Below are positions 28,860 through 43,168 of a stretch of 64,000 nt of DNA, piece after piece. Made by a program: the position numbers and the translations under genes. The notes beneath the pieces are model-generated. The model saw only the letters and a program-made list of their open reading frames with translations, was not told the origin of the DNA and made no database searches. Each line of letters starts with the position of its first letter. Position 1 is the stretch's first letter. The stretch is from Octopus vulgaris. Taxonomy: Eukaryota. Location of the stretch: contig OX597824.1 of the NCBI GenBank assembly GCA_951406725.2, positions 30,194,001-30,258,000 of the forward strand. The letters are read 5' to 3'.

Positions 28860-29888
28860 ATGTATTCTGTTATTATTTTACATGTTTCAGTCATTTGACT
28901 GCAGCCATGCTGGAGCACTGCCTTTTAGTGAAACAAATCAACCCCAGGACTTTTCTATTTTCTTAAGTCTGATACTTATTCTGTTACAAAAACACACACA
29001 AACACACATATCCAACAGACTTCTTTCAGTTTCCATCTACTAAATCAATTGACAGGGCTTTTTGTCAGCCCAAGGTGCCATGCAATGGGACTGAACCCAG
29101 AACCTTGTGGTTGGGAAGCAAGTTTCTTACCACACAGCCATGCCTGCACCTATATATATATGTAATAATCACCATTTAATGTCTCTTTTTCCATGCTGCC
29201 ATGTTCTGGACAGATGGACAGCTACTGATGAGCAGGAGGGCAGCACCAAGCTTCAGTGTCTGTTTTTGGCATGATTTCTACAGCTGGACAACCTTCTTAA
29301 TGCCAACCACTTACTTTACAGAGAGTAGCATGTGTTGTTTAGTGAAGAAGCCAAATACCTGCATGACAAGATCCCTCAGCTGTGTAGGGTATAGTACTGA
29401 ATGATGTGAATGTATTATAGAGGGACAGGAAGGAGTGTCTTGCTGAAAAGGTGAATATATGGCTTCCTCAGTGACACATATGTTGGTATAGAAAAGCTGA
29501 TTTTAGAACAAAGGAGTAATAATGATATAGTGGCACCTGGAGGTGGATGGAAAATACACTCATTGACTTATAGAGTTAATATTGATTTCAGCAATTTCGT
29601 GGGAGGTAGTAAGTCAATTACTTGAAGCTGTGCTCAACTTATGTTATCAACTCTGAAAGGATGAAAGGCAAAGTCGACCTCAGCGGAATTTGAACTCAGA
29701 ATACAAAGATAGTTGAAATGCCTCTCGGCATTTTGCACAGCCTGCTAACAATTTTGCCAGCTTGCCGCCTTTTATAGAGTTAATGTTAAAATGAAACTGA
29801 AGTCATTTGTCAGAAAAAAATAGAAAAGAAAAGCTCAACTTATAATTTTATGCTCTTCCTTTCTATATGTATGTTGTTTTTTTTGCAG

Positions 29889-30170
29889 TTTACCCTTCAT
29901 TCACGAAAAAACCTGAAGATGTGACTGTCAAGTCTGGCAGTATAGCACGGCTAGAGTGCGCTGCCTCTGGACAACCTCCACCACAAATAGCCTGGAAGAA
30001 AGATGGAGGCAATGATTTTCCTGCTGCCCATGAGAGACGCATGCTTGTCATGCCATCTGATGATGTTTTCTTCATAGTCAAAGTCAAGAGCTCAGATGAA
30101 GGGACATATAGTTGTACTGCCACTAACGAAGCAGGAACAGCAGCTGTTAATGCTACTCTAAAAGTTTTAG
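29889..30170 (+). CDS. LRIG: LRIG exon (Ig2)
   Basis: ttgcag|...|gtttgt, 282 bp, phase 1-1; [45 protein letters not shown] matches the diagnostic LRIG Ig2 signature. Confidence 0.96.
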
Positions 30171-31285
30171 GTTTGTACCATTCTTCATTATGCTTTTTCT
30201 TGATTATAGTTCAGCCATTTTTATTTTTTCTAATTCTCCTCTTTTTTGTCATTTTTACCCCTCATTTTCCATTTCCTCTCTCTTCTCATTTTTTTCTTCT
30301 GCTCCTTATTTTTATTTTCTTTTACTCTTTTCATCAATTCTTTCTTTCATCTCTCTCTCTTCCTACCCCCCTCTCTCTATTTGAAACCTCCCTGCTCCTA
30401 ATTAAAAATTTTAATGAATTTTCCATCTTTTATAATATTTTTCATTTCTTCTATCTCTCTCTCTCTCAATATAAATCTGTCTTATTAGATTATCTACATG
30501 TCAGTTTACTTAAACTCCTTGGATAGTCTTTGCAACTTGAAAAGAAATTGGAGAAGATTTTGCTTCAGTAATTCTCCAGAGAAGCCTAGTTTGTTGTTAT
30601 GAAACACTCAAGAGATTCTTTCATAATTTATCTTAGATTAACAAATAGTATAATTTAACATCATTAGAGTACTGAACTAAATATTTTACAGTATTTAGTT
30701 TCAATCTTCTTGATTCTGAATTTAATACTCCTGGCTCCAACTTTATGGTAATGGCCTACCACATTCTCCATCAACAATCCTTTATTTTGCTCAACTTTAG
30801 CCTTGTTCTAACATGTGTTTACATTCAAATTTCTTTTCCTTTTCGGGTGGATGTGGTCACTTAATCACTTTTCAATTTGTGGTCAGTGTAACATGACACC
30901 TGGCTTAATACCACCACCACCACCTAGTTCTTGGGTACCTTTAGTAATGTTCATTTTGTTGCAAGTAAATTAGCCTTGACTCCTGGTTCACTCTTTGCTC
31001 TGGTTGGACATCAACCTCATTTATCTAAGAGGGCCTACAATGGTTTTGCCGACACTAGAATAAATACTACTAAAATATTGAGCTTGGTCCAGTTAATTGT
31101 AAATAATAAAGTTGAGCAAAGTAAAGGACAGTGGTAGGCCATTACCATAGAGTTGAAACCAGTAGTATTAAATTTTTGAAAATGAGTTTGCTACCTTTCT
31201 CTGAATAATTCTATCTAAAATATGATGTTGAAATTGTATTTGTTAGTTTGGTTTTCATTCAATATTTCGTAAAATTTCTTCACAG

Positions 31286-31738
31286 AAATTCCTTCTTTCA
31301 CTCGACCAATGATTCCACAGAAGGTTATCAGACTTGGGGAAACCACGGTGCTGGAGTGTATGGCATCAGGAAGTCCAAAGCCTAAACTGACTTGGCTGAA
31401 AGATAACATTTTATTGCGACCAACTCGTAGGCATCACTTCACAGCAAGTGATCAACTACTGGTAATTATGGATACCGTAACATCAGATGCAGGAATATAC
31501 ACCTGTGAACTGTCAAATACACTAGGCTTAGAACGTGGCACTACCAAACTGATAGTGTCTTCATCAAGGAATTTAGACCCTGCAGCATACAGTGATAATG
31601 GACTAGAAAATAGCAGCACCACTACTGGTATTATTATTATTGCCGTTATATGCTCTGTAGTCGGTACCTCACTTGTGTGGGTCATAATTATTTACCAGAC
31701 CAGAAAACGCCCAGAAGAATACAGTGCTACACCAACAG
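31286..31738 (+). CDS. LRIG: LRIG exon (Ig3, transmembrane helix, juxtamembrane region)
   Basis: cacag|...|gtaaga, 453 bp, phase 1-1; Ig3 followed by TGIIIIAVICSVVGTSLVWVIIIYQTRKR, the LRIG TM signature. Confidence 0.96.
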
Positions 31739-32635
31739 GTAAGATACATAGAATTAAATTTATCTTTCAAAGTTTGGTTGAAAGCTTGAGAAGTATTTGT
31801 TAGTTTGGTTGATTTTCAATTTTCCCAGAAAAGTAGCTGCACACTCTGTCATAGTCATGTGCCTTTGTGTCAGTATTAATGCCCCCATCCCTTCCAACTG
31901 GTGTTGGTTTGTTTGTATCCCTGTGACTTAGTGATTTGGTAAAAGAACTGATAGAATGTGTGCCAGAATTTCAAAAATAACCAAGTAACATTGTTTTCCA
32001 GCCAGATGCCCTTCTTGTCTTCAACCCCTTTTCTGTTTTTCAAATCTGTGATCCTGTATTCTACACATATTTGAAGGTGCAAAGCAAGCAGGCAATTCGT
32101 TGACAGAAGTGACAACAACAACGCTGTTCAGTCATTTTTGTAGAGCCCACTTATTAAACACACACTCATGCACACATAACATACCTACATGTGTGCGTGT
32201 GTAAAACAGACTTCTTTCAGTTTCTGTCTACCAAATTCACTCTCAAGATTATAGCAGAGGGCACTGAAAGCTCACTTGGGAAGTGAGCTTCTTAACCTCA
32301 CACGTATAATGAATTTATATACCCTTTTTTATTTTATCTTTTATTTCATTAAGTCATTAGGCTGTGACTTTCTTTTTTAAGCCTGGTACTTATTTTATTA
32401 GTCTCTTTTGCCAAACCGCTAGTTTACAGGGACATAAACACACTAACACCAGTTGTCAAGCTGTGATGAGGGACAAACACACACACATACCTGTCTGACG
32501 CTTCTTTTAGTTTCCTTCTACCAAATCCAATCACAAGGCTTTTGTAGAAGACACTTGCCAAATGTGCCATGCAGTGGGACTGAACCTGGTACCATGTGGT
32601 CCAGAAGCAAACTTCTTACCACACAGCCACACCTG

Positions 32636-32721
<86 letters not shown>

Positions 32722-34216
32722 TTTTATTCTTATACTTGTTGCAGTCATTTGACTGCGATCATGCTGAGGATATGTATATTTTTCTTATTAGTTAAAAAAA
32801 AAAATTATCAGAAATTATTATCCCCTAATATCCACCATATTATTTTGGAGGGGTCCTAACTGAAAAATCTAAATTAGACTTCTAAGACATATTTTTCTCT
32901 CTGTCTGCTTCCAAATCTCAAACTTTTCTGAAATAACTTGAAACAAGTCATTGAGAGAGCTTCAATACATTTGCTTTCAACCTGCTATAAATACCATCCA
33001 AGTACCCCTTAAATCACACCCTACCATCTGGTGGGGGGGGGAGAGAAGAAGGGTGTAAAGAGCATATCGAATAATGTACTCCTAGATGCAGTATGTCACA
33101 TCGCAGTTGGAAAACCTTTGATCTGACTTCACCGGGGTTGGTGGAGAGGGGTCTAAACAATAACAACAAAAATTTCCAGAAACAGCTATAAAAAAAAAAA
33201 AAAATATCCAGTCCACCATGTTTTTTCTCTTTTAGCTGTCACCTCTTAATTAAAAATATGATAATTGGGACATTTTTCTCTTCTGCCTAATTCTAAACTT
33301 TATTTTTTTTTTATTTTTTTTTTTTTTTTTTTTTCTCTGTTCCTCAAAATGGTTCATTCCTTATTTTTGGTATCTCTTTTTACCTGTCTCCTCATTCTGT
33401 TCCCTCTCTCATTCGTGTCGATAAGGGAGGGACATGTATACTCTGGCTGAGCTACTTGCACACTCTTGCTTTCTTTTTTTTTTCTTCTCTTTTTCTTTTT
33501 TTTTTTTTTCATATTTTCTGACAATACACTTAGTAATATACTGTCACGTAAACATATGGTGTTTATTTTATAACCATATCCCACATTACCTTATTAGTAT
33601 GTTGTTCAACACACTCTGATTTAGTACTCCTAACACCCTTCTTCCACTGTTCTGTTTGTTATTGGGTTAATATTGTGCATGTATATTAAGTAAGTGACTT
33701 CCCCCTCTCACCATACTGTAATATACATAACTACTTTTCTTTTTTCATATGATCTAAGGGGTCTTTCAAAGATTTTTTTTTTTTCCTCATTTTTGTTCTT
33801 AATAAGTTATTTTGTCATCAGAGAAATGAGTATGAGTAGAAACCATTTGTAATCTGTTGTTCAACATTTACTTCAGTTTCATAAGAGAAGAGAGCTAATG
33901 TTAATTATATCTTGAATCAAAGAGAAAATCTTGAAACAAACAAAACTCGTTTTTTCTCTCACTTCACAGAAATTATTTCTTCGCATTCTCATTTCTTTTG
34001 TTCTTCATCAGCTTCAAAACAATGTTTGTTCAGTCACATTGAAACTGGACTCATTTCACATTTTACTACTTTATTACTCTTTAAAGCTTCTGAAATTTCC
34101 CACATTATTTTAATTTTCATTCCCTTGTTTCTAGTGCTTTCTCGGCGTATTTTCTCACGGACTCACTTTTCTTTGTCATTCTTCCCATAATCTTGCCTGT
34201 AAACTCCTCCTACATA

Positions 34217-34249
<33 letters not shown>

Positions 34250-36131
34250 GTCTCATTTAATCACACTTGTTATCGTTTTATAATTGTATATTCTATGTGG
34301 GTTGCTAGAGAGAGGTAGTTTCAAACTGTATTTTCTCTACATAAAACTTTTTAATTTACCCACTGTTACCACAATCATCACCATCATCAAGAGCAGTTTT
34401 AATGCCAGGTCCAAAGAACAATAACTTATCAGTCATTGTTTGATATTCAAAAGACAGTTTTATGGCATTTACTTTCTTCAGTGTTTGCGTTTAATTTATG
34501 TAAGACTTGTGCTCCATAAGACTCCTGCTATATCCTCATTGGTGAGATTTGACTTTTCATGTGATTAGCTGATACATATGTCAGTATATTTAGACTGAGT
34601 GTGACCATGTGAACAGTTAGTTTACTGATGTAAATTTCAACTGCTTTAGCAATTCTATTATTTGCTTATATAATTATATAAGTTTTTTTTCCCAAAATTA
34701 GCTTTATCTGTTTCAATATGTTAATATATAACTTGAATCTCCAGGTTTCAGTTCTGACTTCTGAGGTTAATTAGTAAAATCTTAAAGCTCTGCTTGGTTT
34801 TCATGATAGTGTGTACATATAATATATCAAAATATACTCAAAACTGGATTTTTAAGAGGTTTTTTTTTGTCTTTGACAATTGAACTTCCAAGTTTTTCTG
34901 TAACAATTGTAAAAATTATGTGGAAAACTTATTTGACAGTTGAATGGAATATAAGTAGCAAAAAAGAAAAATGCTTTTGATGTTAGAGACTATTATAAGG
35001 CCCAGTTAAAAACAGAAGAAATGTTGATATTGATAGGATGCAAGTCATATATTTATTTCTTGCCAGATAAGTGCTGTAATCTGCTCACCCAGCAAGTAAT
35101 AGATATATTTTTGAAGTTCCACCAGTTGACTATTGCTGTTTTCTGTTGCAAATTAGTAATTATGTCAAGCATTAAAAAAAAAATTTGTAACTCAACTTTT
35201 AAGAATGTAACACATTTTATCACTATTAGTAAAAAAACTGAAAGTCTTTTACAAAATCATAACAACACTGAGAATTTCTGTGTTAAATGATGAACAATAA
35301 AGGAATAAAGAAAGCATGAAGTTATGGTTATACAGCTTTATGAATTAACTAACTGGCACTCTTGGTTATGATGACGAGTGTTTCAATTAATCCAGTCAAT
35401 GGAACAGCCTGCTTTTGAAATTAATTTGCAACTGGCTGAGCACTCCACAGACATACGTAACCTTAATGTAGTTCTCAGGTAGATTTAGTGTGTGACAAAA
35501 CTGGCCCTTTGAATTACATATACTACTCATTTTTGCCAGCTGAGTGGATTGGAGTAACGTGAAATAAATTGTCTTGCTCAAGGATACAGCGTGCTGCCAG
35601 GTATCAAACTCCTGACCTTACAGTTGTGAGTCAAGTACTCTAACCACTAAGCCACGCACCTTCACACAGCTTTATATAACCAAGAGTTAAGCTCTATGAA
35701 ATAGCAGAGACTTTGTGTAGTAGAAGAGAGAGAGAGATAAATATTGTTACTGGCATACTGGCACTTTATAGGCACTGACTTGAGTGGAAAGGGGTGTGCT
35801 TCGTTATTTTGGTGCAAAGATTAGCATAGTTTAAGTTCTATAAGCAGTTTCATGCACACTTTTTTTGTTTTGCTATTCTGGTTTCATATTTATAAAGTGT
35901 TGAATAAAAATAAATATAAAGCCTATTATCGGAACCCTTTAACAACTTTTTCTTTACCATCTGCGACTAATATCAAATAGTCCTTACCGAAAAACCTCTC
36001 ACCTTAACACCTTTTCCAGTCTCCTTAAGCTTTAGCTGCCATATCTGCTTCATTCTCTCTGCCGACTCCCTTCCTTCTCACTGTCATTTGGTAGTCATCT
36101 ATTTAAATTCCACTTCTAATCATGTTTGTAG

Positions 36132-36251
36132 ATGAGACCACTCTACCTGAAGTGGCCAGCTCAGGGTATAACTCTGCTGCCGATAAGGATGGAGGCTTTA
36201 GTGATGCCCATCTCACTGTGTCTGGATATCAATATCAGTTTGCTGGGGCAA
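36132..36251 (+). CDS. LRIG: LRIG cytoplasmic exon
   Basis: tgtag|...|gtaagt, 120 bp, phase 1-1; the join gives ...ATPTDETTLP..., matching the conserved LRIG TNTDET-x-L/V-P juxtamembrane motif. Confidence 0.88.
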
Positions 36252-37391
36252 GTAAGTACTTCACAACTGAATTCCCTTACTTTCCCAGTTACATAACATC
36301 AGTTATCTTCTCTTGCTATTTCCATCTTGCTTCACCACATTCAAGATATCTTGATACCAATCCATATATGTGTATCTATATATATAATGTTTATATATAT
36401 ATATATATGTGTGTGTACATGTACACACATATGCACACATTTACATATATGTATGTGTATCTATAATATCTATATATACTTATATATACATGTGTGTGTG
36501 TGTGTGTGTGTGTATTTAACTATTCAGTTATTTGGTTAATTGTTCAGTCAATCAATTAGTGAATTGACTCCAGGACAGATCTGGAGTAGATAGGATACAT
36601 CATTGATGCGGTCAGCAATAATGATAAAAGGACTCTGATGAACCTAGTTGATTGATTGATTGATTGACCAAACAATTAATCAAACAACCGATTAGTTAAT
36701 TTGTCAAATGGTTAACTAGTTGATTAATGATAATAACAGAAATGAAACGGGGCCAGTGTGTGTGTTTATTATTGGCATAATGACCCTCTTGAGAGACAGT
36801 AAAATTCTGTTTCAGCTCACGAGTTCACTTCAAGAATCTTCCAAACCGAATACAATGTGTGTGTGTGTGTGTGCATGTGTACGTGTACATATGATGTGTA
36901 CAGATGTTTGTGTATATATGTATGCTTCTACACTTACACATAATCAATAGAGGTGGAGAGGTTGGCATAAAGTTGGTGGTAGATTGATATGATTATAATA
37001 GGTAGTCTGTTATTAGATTTTCTAATAATCAGAACTGACAAACAGTAGAGATTTTGTATTTTTAGTGTCACAAAGACAATAAATCAATCTGTTTATAAAG
37101 TGTAATTTTTTTCTTCCTTTTTTGCTTATTTTGGAGACATATTGACAATGTTTAATGGATGACATAACAGTTAGTAGGCAAAAAAAATTTCGGTTAAATT
37201 TAATTCAAAACTTGATATCCTAAACTGTTTCACAAAATCTATGAGATATAAAAAGTGTTGTCTTTACAGCAAGTCAAAATAATTTTGGTTTTTATGATAT
37301 TTGCAAGTGAAAAAAATCCCCTTGTTTAGTGGAAGACGATATGCAGGAAATTTAGGAAAGAATTGGTAATGCCATTTTAGTGGTGTATGTA

Positions 37392-37771
37392 CACTACCGT
37401 CAGAAATTAATTAGCACCCTTGATTTGCTCTTCACTCAAGCTATGTGCTGTCACCTAGTGGCCATATCTCGAACTATTGCTTTGTTGCGAGTTCACTGTT
37501 GCGCAGAACGATGACGTAACTTTGTTTGCAGAGCAGTTTGAGAGTCTACAGCCTTATGATGTTGACATAGCAGTGCAACAACAACTTGGAGTGCGGATGC
37601 AGACAAATCTTCCTTTGTTTAATAGATATAGGTAGCGCCTCGCAAGGACCGAAATCACACCATACTAAGTTTTCTCATCGCGTAAGACGTTTTGAACAGC
37701 TCATAGGTTAATTGATTTAACCTATTTAATGTAGAAATTTGAGAAGTGCTAATTAATTTCTGACGCAAGTG
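37392..37771. mobile_element. Tc1/mariner-type MITE
   Basis: 26-bp TIRs CACTACCGTCAGAAATTAATTAGCAC / GTGCTAATTAATTTCTGACGCAAGTG (2 mismatches) flanked by TA on both sides; no ORF. Confidence 0.85.
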
Positions 37772-39909
37772 TAGGTAACTGATATGGTGGTTTGGTATGT
37801 TCTACTCCTTCTGACCCTTTGACTACATCACAGGCATTTGTAGATACAGTTACTTGTGGTCTGTTTTATTGCAAAATATGACCTTGCCTATGAACAGACA
37901 TGGGTTGGTTTCAGGAGGAGCATCCAGCTGCAGAAAATCTACCTCTGAATTCCATCTGACCTACGCAAACATGGAAAAGTAGACGTTAAACTATTGATGA
38001 TAATGATTTATATATGGGGAGAGAGAGACAGATAAATATATACATAATTACGCATACACACACACATTTGTTGTAGTGAGGAATGACAAAATATTCCAAT
38101 TACATTACTCAGTGACTGAAATTATATTTCCATGGTTAATAGTTGTTGTTCAGACAAAGATAAAGTTTAGAAATTTCTTCAAATAAAGGGGGCTAAGATA
38201 TTTGGTAAAGGTTTTTTTTTTTCTCATGTTCTTGGCTCTCAAGAATCAGTGTGTTTTGATTCTCATTCTGGTTGTGTCTTTATTGTTTGTAACAATTGTT
38301 CTAAGATTCAATGCAGAATAGATGACAGAAGGGACTTGAGGTGGTCACCATTTGAAATATGGAAGAAGGCTCAATAAAGGGAGATCTTGTTGTCATATTG
38401 AGTCAAAGAAACAAATCTGTAAAAGTTTCTTTGTTAATGTTGTATTGCAAGCAAGGCAATGGAGAAGACCTGAAACTTCTTAAAAAATACAATCAACAAT
38501 AATTTGTTGTTGGTGGTGGTGCTGTTATTAAACAAGGTCTTGTTTAGCTAAGAGTGAGATATTTGATCTAACAGTATTGATACGGCATTGCTCATATCTC
38601 ACCTCCCGATACCATGTTGCACCTTCTGTAATCTCTTCAGTGAGTTATATTTTGATAGCTGAACACTAAAGTGTGAAAAAGGACATTTTAGAGAGTTCAA
38701 TATTGGCATGGTGTATTATACAGACTGAAACTTGGTGCTGCTTGAGAGCTTAGAATAATGTTATTGGGAATCAGTAAACTGTTAGAGATTAAAACAGAGG
38801 TGTAGTTGGTTGAATCAATGGTCAGTTTTACCCTTCATCACTCAGAATAGTCTGTGAAATGGGATGCTTATTTTACTCACATTGTTTTGAATTAATTGTG
38901 CTATTGTCTTATAGCTTTGAAATTTTGATGTGATTGCATATATTTAGAATGACATTGTAAGGTAGGTGTGAGAGGCCAGATCTGACTAGTTTGAACATAA
39001 AAGAGTTAGGATATTTGGGTAGGATATGACGAGTTCAAGCGTTAAAGGGTTAAAACCAAATGAATGGAGGAAGAAGTTCATGGTTTATCTCCTATCACTA
39101 AGCACTACACTATTCATTCAACAAAGAGACATAGTTTTCAATAGTTTGTTTAGCTACTATTTTTAGCCAACTGAGCTGCTATATAGAGCTTTCCTCATTG
39201 GTTCAATCTGCTGACAGGTTGACCCCACTGATGCCGGTGACAGATGCACTTATTATGTAAGTCATATGTTGTGATTCATTGTCTTGTTGGACCTGAATAA
39301 ACCTGCTCCACCCATGCCTTCCTCTTGTCAGTAAACCCAACATTACCACATATATATATACACACACACATATATACAATATAGTTATGCATTGGTGGAG
39401 AGAAAACATTGCAGCTCATTCCCTTTGATCACATATCAGTCAATAACTCAGATTTATTTGACTGTTGTCTTTCTTTCTGCTTGAAGACTATATAAATAAA
39501 TTTTACATTGATGATTACAGATTTGGTTAACAACCAAATTTGAAATAATTGTTGTATCTGTCCTGACTATTAAAACACATTCAATAGTAATAAACTATTT
39601 GTTATGGAATGTTGCCCAACTGAAGTGCTTGACAGCTCTCTCTTGAATACATAAGTCTTCAGATTAAAACAAAAATAATTGGGTTTTTTTTTTTTTTGTT
39701 CTTTTATTAACATATGAGATTTAATTGTAGTTAAAAAGGAATCCAGAAATAGAATTAAACTGATAGGAATATGATAGAAGTATATCCAAAGACTCTGGTT
39801 CTTCTATCAGTCACTTTTGCCAAACTACCAAGCTACAAGGATGTAAACAAACTAAGATTGGTTGTCAAGCAGTGGGTGGGGGCAAATATAGATGCAAAGA
39901 TAAATATAC

Positions 39910-40228
39910 ATGCCGGTGGCACATGAAAAACAACTTTTGAGTGAGGTCGTTTCCAGTGGTGCTGGACTGGCTCCTTGTGCTGGTGGCACATAAAATACAC
40001 CAGTTGAGCGTAGCCGTCGTCAGTACCACCTGACTGGCCCTCATGCCAGTGGCACATAAAACCACCCACTACACTCTCAGAGTGGTTGGCATTAGGAAGG
40101 GCATCCAGCTGTAGAAACTCTGCCAGATCAGATTGGAGCCTGGTGCAGCCTTCTGACTCACCAGTCCTCAGTCAAACCGTCCAACCCATGCCAGCATGGA
40201 AAGTGAACGTTAAACGATGATGGTGATG
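39910..40228 (+). mobile_element. RTE-related non-autonomous retroposon with 5' tandem units and a (GAT)n tail
   Basis: GGAAGGGCATCCAGCTGTAGAAAC...CCCATGCCAGCATGGAAAG..CGTTAAACGATGATG; copies at ~4730-4978, 17720-17905, 22010-22262, 27025-27170, 46360-46550 (+) and 10568-10732, 27868-28177 (-). Confidence 0.8.
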
Positions 40229-40233
40229 TGTGT

Positions 40234-40274
<41 letters not shown>

Positions 40275-42957
40275 AGGTTTCTATATACTGAATTCACTCA
40301 TAAAATATTGATTGGTCTAAAATTATTGTGGAAGACACTCGTCCAAGGTGCCATGCAGTAGGACTGAACTCAAAACCATGTAGTTGCAAAGCGATCTATT
40401 TATGGTTTCATCTTCTAATTAACTCTGTGAAATAATGTAGCTATTATCAAACTTCCCACAAAGATTTCCAATAAACTTGCATTTCACTAGCTTTGCAACC
40501 GAACTCCAAAAAGTGGGCGAGGACGGAGATGATGAGGATAAAAACGACGACGATGATGATGATGATGATAGTATTTGGTGACTGAACTCAGTGTCTGTAT
40601 TCACCTTTTTTTGACCAAGGTTCAAAGCTCCATTCAGACCCTCTGCCCCTCCCCTCTATACTCACTTCCAGTATTTGGTTATTAACTTCACACTTCTATA
40701 TTTGTTTACTTCTTTCTTCCATTCTTTTCTTCCCCCCACTCCTTTTACTCTCAAGCCCCTCTTTGACCTCTTGCAGGCAAACACCTGGAGAATTCTCTGG
40801 AATATCACTAATGAAAAGTCAACATTTACTTAACACTCCATGGTTTACAATATTTATTTATTTATTTATAGTGAGTCCCCATCCCTCATTTCTTTTGGGG
40901 GTCTTTCTACTGCTTCCCTCTCCACTCATGCCCTCCTGTTTCCCTTTCCACAAGGAACTAACTGGATGTCATTGTAGAATACTAAAGGTCTTTGGCTCTG
41001 GGTGTGGGTGTTATTTTAGAAAGTAAAAGATAAAAATAAATAAATAAATAAAAGGAAGTAGGAGGGTGTATATATATATTATATATATATACCGTGTATA
41101 TACACACGGATATCTATCTTTACACACACACACACACACACACAAATACATATGTGCACACATACAGACACTCACAGATATATGTCTATGGATAGATATG
41201 TTAAATAAATTCTCACCACAGCAGAAGGTGTGTATCAAAAAAGTACATCTGTGTATGTGTGGGGATATATGCACACACACACGCATATATATTAATTTAT
41301 TATATATATATATATATATATATATTGTGTGTGTGTGTGTTAATGTCACTTGGTTACCTTGCTCACCACTTGTTTTTTCTGAGCTGTTTTCAGTATATGA
41401 AGTTCCTGTATTGAATCTGAGACTGGTGTGTGTTGATATCTCTCTCTCTCTCTCTCTTTCTCTATCTCTCTCTCTCCATAATATGAGTGTGTATGTCTTC
41501 AAAACTTGCTGAAATTTATGAAGTGAACCTGTACTGTTCCTCACATCTTAATGTTACTTCTCGAACAAACCTGTGTGTGAAGACTGTTTGATACCAACAT
41601 GTGTTGGTATAGGGTTGGGAAGAAGTTTACACTTAAAGTTAGTGCTTAACCCTTCCAGTCTCACTACTATTTTTAAGTACTCATATTCAAATTGAAACAC
41701 CATCCATTAAAATTCTATGTAACAACATTATTATGATCCAAGACCTTGCTGCATAATGATAAAGTTTGCAAAGCAGTTAAAATGCTAAAGCCCTTTGTTG
41801 TTCACCGTAGTTGGTCTGAATATCTGTACCACCAGGAAGTTCCTCTGCAAGGTGCTGTCCTCACAAGGTGTCTTTTTTTTTTATGTGCGGAAGGCTAAAC
41901 ACTACCCAAGGGAAAGACAGTGTCTATACAGTTCTGAATACAAAGAGCTGGAATAGATTTCACAGGGCATTCCATCCCACCCAATACTTGCAAAATTCAG
42001 TCAATCCGTCATTCTGGATATTGGACTGGAATAATTGAAGGAGTTACTGATTGACAAAATGTTTGTGATATTCGGTTAATTCAGTTCAAGTTTTGGGTTT
42101 GTCAAATCCCAAAGTCCTATGCCTTGTGCCTATATAAGGAATTATTATTATTAAGGCAAGAAGCTAGTGAGTTCAAATTCCACTGAAGTGGACTTTGCCT
42201 TTCATCCATCCATTCAGGCTCGATAAGTACCAGTGAAACACTGGGGTCGATGTAATCGACTAGTCCCTTCTCCCAATTGTTATTATTAAGGTGGCGAGCT
42301 GGTAGAATCATAGCGGCATTTCATCTATCTTTGCATTCTGAGTTCAAATGCTGTCAAGGTTGTCTTTGCCTTTCATTCTTTTGGAGTTGATAAAATAAAT
42401 ACCAGTTGCTGGCCTTGTGCCAAAATTTGAAATTATTATTATTATCATTGTTAAGGCAGCAAACTGACAGTGAGGACACCAGACAAAATGCTTAGTGGCA
42501 TTTGTTTTCAGCTTTACATTCCAAATCCAGTTGAATGCTGGGGATCAATGTAATCAACAAGCCACAACCCCCAAATTTCAATCCTTCTACCTATTGGAGA
42601 AAGAATTATCATTATCATTGCTATTGACTTTGACTGTCCTTGTGCCTATCTTAAAAATTATTACGATTATTATTGGCATTATTGATAGAATGGCAAGTTC
42701 TCTGCAAATGTTTGTCTTGCTGACCTAGTTTCCATTCTTTTTGTTGGGACTGTTTCACTTATTCTGTTATTTTCTTATGGAAAAGCCATAAAAATAACTT
42801 TTCATCTTTAATTCTGACATTTATTATTATTATCATTATTATTATTTCTGCTTAGTATATTTTGATTAGCAAAACACTGGTTTAATGTTAGTTGTTATTT
42901 TTTAAATATAATATTATTTGACTTTTATTTTTATAAAATTGTTTTGACTCAGTATAC

Positions 42958-43022
<65 letters not shown>

Positions 43023-43116
43023 TGTGTGTGTGTGTAGACATATGTAATGAGGGAGATGCTCATATGCATACCATATACACACGAGTGCATGAGAGAGGAA
43101 GATGTATACTGAGAAA

Positions 43117-43168
<52 letters not shown>

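Noticed and set aside
30171-30526. Hydrophobic ORF extension after Ig2 suggesting an extra TM isoform
   Set aside because: It lies after an in-phase donor and is T/C-rich intron, which yields Phe/Leu runs by chance.
39218-39256. 39-nt AG...GTAAGT micro-exon candidate (VDPTDAGDRCTYY in phase 0)
   Set aside because: In the phase-1 LRIG intron it gives an immediate stop, and the acceptor abuts a repeat; unsupported without RNA data.
40490-40580. Acidic D/E-rich mini-frame
   Set aside because: (GAT/GAC)n simple repeat in the wrong phase, ending in a stop.
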